From positions 372,001 to 436,000 of the forward strand of contig QPGO01000007.1 in assembly GCA_008632985.1 (NCBI GenBank): DNA of 64,000 nt. Direction: 5' to 3'. This document shows positions 37,137 through 45,613 of the stretch, in pieces (the stretch's first letter is position 1; every line of letters begins with the position of its first letter). The DNA comes from Psammoneis japonica. Lineage: Eukaryota. Position numbers and translations under genes: made by a program. Below the pieces are notes generated by a model. The model saw nothing but the letters and a program-made list of their open reading frames with translations. It ran no database searches and was not told the DNA's origin.

Positions 37137-38606
37137 TTGCACCTTGAAACACATTTCAAATTGAGACACACCATGTCGCAACTACCTCGTGCCTCGCTGC
37201 GTCGTCCTGCCAACGACAAGCACTTGTCGCGATCAAGTTACAGCCAGTCTCGACAGTGTGGGGGTTTGGGACGTGCAGCTTGCAGCCCGACAACAAGCAA
37301 ATGCTTCTCGCGATTGGGTTTCGACCCCACTCCCCTGGAGTCCGCCGGTCCCTGTCAACAGAGTTTTGCTTTGGGTGCTCTTGAGGCAACGGAAAGCAGA
37401 CACATCTCTCGATTGGGTTTTGACCCCACTCCCCTGGAGTCCGCCGGTCCCTGTCGACAGAGTTCTGCTTTGGGCACTGTTGAGACGACAGTGACAGTGT
37501 CAAGCAGCGGAACATTTGCCGGTGAGTTCGCACACACGTTCTCTGCGAACACTGCATCGTCAATGCGCACCAGGATGTGCGAGAACGTGTTGAGGGCTCA
37601 ACCGCCACTTCGTAAGGCCCACCGCAGCCGCAGGCGAATCCGCAGCCGCGCCAGTGGGAAAACATCCAAGATTGCTTGCCTCGTTCCACTCGCACCGTGC
37701 GCCACTAAGAGTCTCTCCGTACACTGCACAGCTGACCGCACTCTGGTTTACAATGGGGACTGCACTCAGCCTGCACCACCTTGTCTTGCTGACATTGACT
37801 TTGCCGAATTGGCTCCTCTGGTCATCTGTGACCCTGTGCTCGATCTGAAGCCTTTCTTTGGCTTGGACGGTTGCCGCTGCGACAACACCTGCACCCTGCT
37901 GCCGCGTTCTGCTGTGGTGTTCAGCTCCCCCAACCCAGCAGAACTCGTTGCTCAGTGCCGAGCGCTCGAAGCACTAGAATGCTGCACCGCCCAGTCCACC
38001 GTGCGCGGCAAACAACGCGTTGCCTTCATGGAGACGGACAGGAGCAAGCATTCCACGATTGGCCTGGCTGCCACGAGGGACGCTCGAATTTCTTGCAAGC
38101 AGCCTGGCACAGCCAACCAACACACTCACCACCTCACCAGACTTCTTTCACGCATGGAGCACCTTGTCAATGAGTGCGTGGACTGTGCCATCCTTGAGGG
38201 TGTCGCTCGTGTCAAAAAGTTTCACAACTGGAAATCCCTGGTGCGGTCAGATGGCATTTTCTCCTCTCTGGCGGCTGGGTGCAATGTCTTCCTCAACGCC
38301 CATCGGGACCAGGACTTCTTCCTGTCAGCAGTCACCGTGGTGGGAGTCCCTCCGTCCGGCAGCTACACCATGAATGACGGGATTGTGGCGTGCTTCTGCT
38401 TCCCCACCGAAGGCATCTCCATTGCACTCTGGCTTGGTGATGTCATCATTTTTAACCCCACCAAGTGCTGCTGCATCTCCAGCAGGACAAACTCAAACGA
38501 CGAGTTCTTCTGCGTGTCTCTCTACCTGAAGAGTGCTGCAGTGGGCAAGAACAACAATTCAATCCCCCTTTCTCTAGAGGAAGAGACCATTCTCAGGCAA
38601 CTGTGA
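37137..38606 (+). CDS. 2OG-Fe(II) dioxygenase, TET/JBP-like, hypermutated
   Basis: C-terminal double-stranded beta-helix-type motifs: FLNAHRDQD (HxD), FCFPTEGISIALWLGDVIIFNP and CVSLYLK. The expected distal His position reads KCCCIS. A 99-bp internal duplication lies at ~37307-37500. Confidence 0.6.
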   Translation: MHLETHFKLRHTMSQLPRASLRRPANDKHLSRSSYSQSRQCGGLGRAACSPTTSKCFSRLGFDPTPLESAGPCQQSFALGALEATESRHISRLGFDPTPLESAGPCRQSSALGTVETTVTVSSSGTFAGEFAHTFSANTASSMRTRMCENVLRAQPPLRKAHRSRRRIRSRASGKTSKIACLVPLAPCATKSLSVHCTADRTLVYNGDCTQPAPPCLADIDFAELAPLVICDPVLDLKPFFGLDGCRCDNTCTLLPRSAVVFSSPNPAELVAQCRALEALECCTAQSTVRGKQRVAFMETDRSKHSTIGLAATRDARISCKQPGTANQHTHHLTRLLSRMEHLVNECVDCAILEGVARVKKFHNWKSLVRSDGIFSSLAAGCNVFLNAHRDQDFFLSAVTVVGVPPSGSYTMNDGIVACFCFPTEGISIALWLGDVIIFNPTKCCCISSRTNSNDEFFCVSLYLKSAAVGKNNNSIPLSLEEETILRQL

Positions 38607-38831
38607 CAGCACAAAATAACTTGCTAAATTTTTTGCGCAAATTTACTGACTTTCTGTGCTCAGGCGACTGTGCAGGTGCCTGCCAATTTACCAGATTTGC
38701 GCAAATTTACCGACTTTCTGTTCTTCCTCGTTCCCATTTTTCGAACCACAACTGGGGCTACGCCTTTCCAACTAATGCCACAGTTTCACTGAAAAACACC
38801 AACACACTGTGCTGCTAATTTACAGAGCACA

Positions 38832-39452
38832 CTACACGGGAAACGTTTTGCCAGACGTGGAGCTTCTCCCCCCCGACTTGGGGAGTAGACGCGATTTCTT
38901 CTTCCGATTCATGGCACCCAACGTCGCCTTCCTCTTCTTCTTCTTCTTCTCTGATTCATCCAAGTTGCATCTGCAGAGAAATTCCTCCCCGGGCATGATT
39001 CGCTTCATGACTGCCAAGCACCCGTCGTTGTAGAACTCGCAGTTGTTGTCCACGTGTTGGCTTGCCTTGATCTTCTTCTTGTCCTTGAACGACTTGGTGG
39101 CATCGTTCATGCAGTGCATTCCGAGGTAGAGTGGATGGGAATTCTTGTTCCCTGGACCGCTAAAATCAAGCGGTTTTGGCTCCACTGTGACATGGCAGCC
39201 CTCGCTGTCACGGATGGTGGAGCAGCACACGCTGTGGTCTTCTCCAAACTTGCTGTCATGGTCGTACCACGAGCAGCTCCTCGTCGTACCGGGCACCCTG
39301 GGGCCCACATAGATTCCAACCGCACTGCCTTTCTGGAACTGGCGCAAGGCAAAAAAACCAACGCCTGCACCCCTCCGTTGCGATGCGCGTAGCTCGCCCA
39401 CCTCCACCTCCTTGGGGCCTGCGGAGCGAACGGACTTTTCGAGGCAAAACAA
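38832..39452 (-). CDS. SET-domain protein (lysine methyltransferase-like), hypermutated
   Basis: GAGVGFFALRQFQKGSAVGIYVG, GMHCMND, NNCEF and KRIMPGEEFLCRCN (cf. IxxGEELxxxY), followed by a Lys-rich tail. Confidence 0.7.
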   Translation of the reverse strand: MFCLEKSVRSAGPKEVEVGELRASQRRGAGVGFFALRQFQKGSAVGIYVGPRVPGTTRSCSWYDHDSKFGEDHSVCCSTIRDSEGCHVTVEPKPLDFSGPGNKNSHPLYLGMHCMNDATKSFKDKKKIKASQHVDNNCEFYNDGCLAVMKRIMPGEEFLCRCNLDESEKKKKKRKATLGAMNRKKKSRLLPKSGGRSSTSGKTFPV

Positions 39453-39634
39453 CGCAGGTTAAGTGACACGGCGCCTCATCCAAATGTGCACACTTCTGCA
39501 CTTGCTCTCTTCATGAGACAGACCAGTGCGAGCGACCACCCCGCTTCGAAAGCCTCGACGGCGGTCTTGAACACTTTGTTGCTCTTCGGCATCGAGTCTG
39601 GGATGCCCCTCTCGCCGACTTCCGTGCGGTGCCT

Positions 39635-40318
39635 CTACACCCACTTGCAGTGTTCGCCGTGAGCATTCGCGACGGCTTCAGGGTCGCTCCTGATGCACCC
39701 CAGTTCTCCCAGCACGGGGAACCAGAGGTCGGGATCATTCGGCGCATCCTTCATCAGGCACATGGACTCCTGGAATTTATCGGATTTTTCGTGCTGCAAC
39801 ACCCAGTCCCACAAGTCGAATGACGGATCGTTGGGGTCCGGAAATTGCTTTCCTTCTTCTTCCTCTTCCGCCGTTGCTTTCGCAACCACTTTGGCCGCGG
39901 GCTTGGCTGCCTCCTCGCTTTTGCCGCTGCAAAAAGGCAGGACCTCCAGTTTCACAAAGGTGGCCTGATCACCCACCAACTCGATCTTGCAACCGGCCTT
40001 GAGGAGCTGCTCGGCGGTGCAACCCAGCTGCTGTGCTTCATTCCAACCACAAATTTGAAAGGTTGGCTCCGGCGGCACGGCTTTCTCACTCTTTTCAGTT
40101 TGGGACTGCGCCGGCTTCTCCGACATCCTTGCGCGTTCGGACTCGACGGACACACCCTCGGCACTTCCCTCGGCGCCAAGTGCAGTCATGGCAGCTGCCG
40201 CCGCGCCTTCGGTGCCCGTGAGTTCTGCCATGACTTCCGGAGCTGCTACATCCTCTGCTTTGCCAGACGCAACGATGTTGTCCTCCGCCATTCTAGCACC
40301 GTGATGACAGAGCTGCAC
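39635..40318 (-). CDS. Ala/Glu-rich hypothetical ORF, possibly the broken N-terminal part of the SET gene
   Basis: Same strand and directly upstream of the SET ORF; coding-like composition; no Tyr. Confidence 0.45.
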   Translation of the reverse strand: MQLCHHGARMAEDNIVASGKAEDVAAPEVMAELTGTEGAAAAAMTALGAEGSAEGVSVESERARMSEKPAQSQTEKSEKAVPPEPTFQICGWNEAQQLGCTAEQLLKAGCKIELVGDQATFVKLEVLPFCSGKSEEAAKPAAKVVAKATAEEEEEGKQFPDPNDPSFDLWDWVLQHEKSDKFQESMCLMKDAPNDPDLWFPVLGELGCIRSDPEAVANAHGEHCKWV

Positions 40319-41229
40319 TCACTGCTGTGTGGTGTGCTGCTTTATTCCAGCCGTTGGCGATCCACATCCTTCTGCGCACGCATTAATGAACGTATGACAC
40401 TTCGCACCAAATTCCACGTAGCGCGTCTGCACCTGTCTACGTCCGTCTTCACTACTGTACGCACTACGGCACTGCAGCGCACCCTTTCAAACCTTCATCA
40501 ATGTTTATTTTTTCCTTCCTTTTCCTTTTCTCTTCTTCTTCTATCTGGCTGGGAGGAACTGCTGGATAGCCGGCCTTATTTAGTCGTACAGTAGAAGTAG
40601 CTTCATCGACACAGAGACGAGAAAAGGGACCATGCCTGCCAATTTACTATGCCTGATGCATGCTTGAACAACCTTGCTCGCGTCGTGCTATAGAGACTAC
40701 TTGGACGGAACCTTTTTGCTCCCTCTAGAGAGCCTACAATGGTGCTAGTAGCTGATGTCTCCACTACAGTACAGTACTCTCTCGTAGCTTGAGTAGATAG
40801 CCTCGCCTACCGGTAGAGAGACCTAGACTCTAGATAGTAGAGCTAGGATCGAGGGCTACTCAAAAGGGAGTAGACGGAGACCATTGCTCACACTATGAAT
40901 GTAATTTGGTGCGATTGCTCTTTCCCAGAAAACTGAAAACACAGACAGATAGTGCGGTTGTGATTAGTCTAGTACCTCGTTTGCAATTCAAGCAAGTTGG
41001 TAAAAGCGCGGACGCTGGGAACGCTGGAAACTGAGGCAATGCTACAATTATTAAACAATTAGAACATTGTCTCTAGCTCCAGGTGAACCCCGCAAAACAA
41101 TTCGCAAATCGGATCTCTTCGGCAAATCCCAGTCTGCTCCGCAACATAAAAGCGCCTGAAATCAACAAACCAAGCAAAGCTTGAAACCTCCACAATATCG
41201 GTTCTAAAAAGTAGCACTCCCGTCATTTC

Positions 41230-43503
41230 TTAAGCGGTTCCGTGCATTTCGGCCGACGCTGCAAGCAAGTTGCGCAACCCACGCGATCCTGCAGTTGCGC
41301 TACGATCAACACTGGCTTCACCAACCTTCTTTTCTTCCGCGTAGCTAAGCGGAAGAGAAGGCTTCTTCCCCTTGCTTCCCTTTTTCTTTCCAGCCTCTTT
41401 AGCAAGACTGCGCTGCTTCTTCATCTCGTCCTTTTGCGTGGCATACTTTTCTCGTTGACGTTCGCGACAGCGCACACACTTGGTGGCTAAACCCTTGTTG
41501 CCAAACGCAACCCACGGACGAAAATTCTTGCAGCCCTTGCACCATTTGATTTCCAACGCGCTCTCACAAATAACCCATACCCGAACGTCACAAGCTGTGC
41601 ATAACCCCTTATTCTGTCTTGGTATAATGTGAATAGTCCCCTCGTCGACTTGATCGAAATCCTTGTTGACTCTGCTCTTGGCCGAGGCCCTCGGTCGACC
41701 CATTAAGGCACTTGCAGACGACAAACGTTCCTTCCCGCACATGACACAATGTTTCTTGCCATCCTGTGAAAACCCAGCCCCGTTGGGATTGGATGAATTC
41801 TTGGCCATGTAGTCGGGGAAATTCACCAATTGACAAAAATCGGGAAGCTTAATTTCATTTCTCTTTTCCTCCTCACTGCAGTTCACGACAATTGCAAAGT
41901 CAGAGCACACAAGTTAGAGAATATAACCCTAGGCTGTATTTCATGTTCAAACAATTTCTAGCACTCACCCCCAATATTTTGAAGGAATTGGACCTTTCAA
42001 CGGAATGCATCGATCCGCGCTTGGTGCCAGTCCGGTTTCCAATGTCGCCCTCTGCCATTGTGCAACCGATTTGATTTTCCTCTCGTCCGATTCATCCGTA
42101 GATGCATCCCTTCCCTTTCCGCCGGCCGTGTCTTTTGAATCGGACAAGGGCGTAGACATGGCTTTGTTGGGACCACCTCTTTCTGGGGTCAAGGCTGATG
42201 AGTAAGGTGCTTCATTCTTTGGATGAGGATATGAGTAAGGAAGCGGAGGACCCATTGGGTAGGGCGGTGGTGGGACTCCTGCATGTGGTGGCGGAGGAGG
42301 ATGCATGTAACCATTGGGACCAGGAGGCATAGAGTACATGGGGTATGCATGATGAGGGTGGTGCCAGCCGTGCATTGGAGCGCCCTCATATGGAGGAGGC
42401 GGGTACGGATACCTCGGATCATGTGGATAGAATGGCGGAGGCATTGGTGCTCGGGACAAGCCAGGCGGTGGACACAGAGAGGCGTCCTGCGCCTTTTCTT
42501 CAGTGGACTCGTCGTCCTCTCCCTTGGAGTTTTGAGAAGCCTCCAATGAAGAAGAAGGAGAGATTACTCTCTGCTTCTTCGTTTGAGTCTTTTTCTCATC
42601 AGAGGACGGCTCTTTCTCTGTAGAAATGCCAACTTCTTCCCCATTTACTTCTTCGAGTGAGCTAATTGCAGGCCTCTTCGCAGTGTTTCCCATCTTTGCG
42701 CCGCTTTCCTCCTCCATCTGCATGCGGCTCTTAATAGGAGAGAACCCGTTCTTATTCTTCTTAGACTTGTCTCCCTTTCGAGACGGGCTATCCATGTTTC
42801 GCATTGGGGAGTATCCATTGTACTCTGGGTAGTATGGATAGGGAGAATACCCCGGGAACGGAGGACTTCCATGGTAGCCCACGTGATATGGAGAGCCGAA
42901 AGGCGGCGATCGCACCGGAAGATCATAAGGCCCCGGAGCTGAATTCTTGCCCCTCTTCCCATCCGGCGTCATTACACCCGGCTTTGACTCACAACTTTCA
43001 GAAAGAGGTGACGACTTGTCTTTACTCTTCTCAGTCCCCTTATTCTGGTTCCTCTGCGCGCCATCGAGTCGAATCGGAGACGGAAATAATCTCCTTCCGC
43101 TATCAGCCTTATCAGCACCCATCCCTGTAGGTCCCCCGGGATGCATGATTGGCCGCTCCCCATACATGGGAGGATAAGGAGGGTGGACGTGAAAACTCAT
43201 ACCGCGCCCAAAGGGCGAAGGAGTCACCGCGTTGTGAGGTCCTTCAGCCACCACACCAGCGACACTATTGTCCCCCATGGGTCGCTGCTGCAACGACGGT
43301 GCAGCAGGGAGCTTACTCCCGGCATTATTATTTGCAGAAGAATGGTCGCTTACAGTTGATGCCAATGTCAACAAAGACATGGCCCCATGGTTGCTTTTTG
43401 AGATTTGCGTCCCATTCGTCGCACCTCCACCTACCACTGATGATTCAGTGCTCGCACCTTTGTCCGTCTTTGCTGATGCAGACGTTGCGTCTAAATGAGG
43501 CAT
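41230..43503 (-). CDS. Pro-rich protein with C-terminal Cys-rich (SBP-like) zinc-binding domain, putative transcription factor, two exons
   Basis: Long disordered Pro/Tyr-rich exon, intron at ~41880-41969, then CVMCG, CTACD, WCKGCKNF, KCVRCRERQR and a basic tail. Confidence 0.65.
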
Positions 43504-44194
43504 GTCAGTTGTAAATCAGTTGGTACAAGTACGCGAGGAGAGAGAAATGAAGGTCCAACGCTTTTCGTCTTCAAATATAGAAGTATAGGGCTAGTGCGGC
43601 AACAAAAACAATGATGATGCGAAGCCTCACCCATGTCCAAACACCAACTCGTCCACGACAACAGCAAAAAAGCGTTTTTGTGACGATGCAAAAATTCAAA
43701 GATGATGTGAATGATAATATTAGAAGGTGTATACCATTATTTCGGCGTTGAACGCTTCAACGCGTAATACACGAATAACTATATCTACATTTTTTCGGAC
43801 GTTGAGCTTACATGTTAATAAAAAATTATGTATTATATATGAATTTTACATTAAAAGCAGAAAAGGCGTTACTTGAATTTTGGCGAGGAAAGCACCGGCA
43901 GAAAAATGGCTTTATATATGATTCATATATGTGCTTGAATAATTGTTAAGAAAGTATTCAATCAAATCGTATCCTTTAGTATCGAAAAATTGGCGGGAAA
44001 TCGGCAACGGGAACGGGGAAATTCCTTTGTCCTCATGAATGAATTTTATCATACCCCGTTGCTCGTGAATCGAACGACTACCATGATCAAAAAGCACGAA
44101 CAGAAACGGGAACGAGCGAGCGAAAAGCGTCAACGTTAACACAAGTCAAAACAGCGAAACGAATTTGCCTTCTGCATAGGGGCATACTGCATCA

Positions 44195-44910
44195 ATGAGT
44201 TCTGCTACTAGTCAACAAGAAGAAAAGCCAGGGATTGTGTGGTCTTGCGTTATGCGAGACGCCACAATATTGGCTGAAGCCGGCGAGGATCGGTCGTCGG
44301 ATCAATCGGTGATTCGACTGGCTCAAGAATTAGTGCAAAAGAAACCACCGCTGGATGGGAGCATCATCGTTCACGAGGATTAAAGCTCAAGGGCATCAAG
44401 TTTCATCTCCATGAAACACTGGAGGAAACCTCGGCAGTGTTGGTGTGGTCCTTTTGCTGTGTGTACGATCCCGCTGTGATTCAGCAAGATCAGGCCAAGA
44501 GCTTTTTGGAGAAGCTCGTGTATCTCACTGATGGGTATTGGAGAGAATCACCCGAATGGCGTACAGGTGGTACACTTGTGGCGCAACCGACGTTTGCTCC
44601 CATGCTATTGCAGAGAATGCAAGAAGTGACATACATGGGTCGAATGGCAATGGTGAACGAACAAGTAGATTCACTCAAGCAAGTGATGGCTTCCAACATT
44701 GACACGTTGCTGGAGAGAGAACAGCATTTGCTGAATTTGCAGGAAGATGCAACAGCTCTAGAGGAATTGTCCAAGCAATTCAAGAAGCGCACCCAGCGTG
44801 TGAAACGTTTCAAAATGTGGCAGAATGCCAAGCACGGGGTGCTTGTGGGAAGCGCTGTTACAGCGGGTGCTGCCGTTGTTATCGTGCCGCCTCTGATTGC
44901 GCTTTTGTAA
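44195..44910 (+). CDS. Longin-type R-SNARE (VAMP7-like)
   Basis: Longin-like N-terminus (ILAE), SNARE motif QVDSLKQVMASNIDTLLERE..L..L....L....QF and C-terminal TM. One frameshift near 44350. Confidence 0.8.
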
Positions 44911-45613
44911 TTTTATCTCCTTTTATAATTTGTGGCTTACATAGTATTACATTAGTATACACATTGAGTTGCAACAGTTCACTTACACAATGCGAATGTC
45001 GCTGTTTCGACAAAAAACAAACTTACAAAATGTCGGGTCAGTGGTGAACGCTTGATTGTGATTTCTCACTAAACGTGTGTGCTCTCAAAGACTATGGTTG
45101 TTTTTACTGGCCCTGCACATAGAAACTGCTTCTGAAAGGATCGGGAATGTCTCTGCATATTCATAGTATCTAGAGGGCTGCAGCAGGAATCTACGACAAG
45201 CCTACCCAATCCCGAAAGTAGCGTCCTTTCATGTCGGACACTGGAAACCTGATCCAAGTCCTTGGTGAATACCCTAGGTAATATATGTGCTGTCGGTGCA
45301 TAGTAGTTTCTGATAAACATGGATTGTAAGCTAGAAGTAATTAATTAGAATCGTCCACCGCTGGTTCGCCGGTCATACAAAGAAATGAAAATCTGCAAAA
45401 CAACGATAATCCATTGGGATCTTTCCTGGGCATTCTTGCCTTAAACAGCATCCTGAGTTACTAAATTGCTCAGCTCGACTCGACTCAAATGGCAACATGC
45501 ATGTTTAACGATGTTCGTCATATTGGAGTACGCAGCCTAGGAAGACGCGACCGCAAAGCATTTAGATCTCATCCTGTTGTTAGTTTGCCTCTCGCTTTCT
45601 AGGCGTTCATTCG

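Larger units (their letters stand above)
26800..40420 (-). mobile_element. Large Helitron-like element with accessory genes (hypermutated domain 3)
   Basis: Continuous TA-depleted but CpG-retaining block containing Rep/PIF1 and five further ORF regions without evident introns. Boundaries come from composition only; canonical termini were not identified. Confidence 0.7.

Noticed and set aside
27677..40318. Alternative genetic code or RNA editing as the cause of Tyr-to-Cys/His
   Set aside because: The same TA changes occur across codon boundaries and in non-coding repeats (e.g. TGTGTATGTTG vs TGTGCATGTTG at 26827-26870), and adjacent host genes use the standard code.
1..40420. Classical RIP or CpG methylation decay as the sole explanation
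   Set aside because: Both are C-to-T processes and cannot turn TAY into TGY/CAY. RIP would raise TpA, and the Helitron loses TA while keeping CpG.
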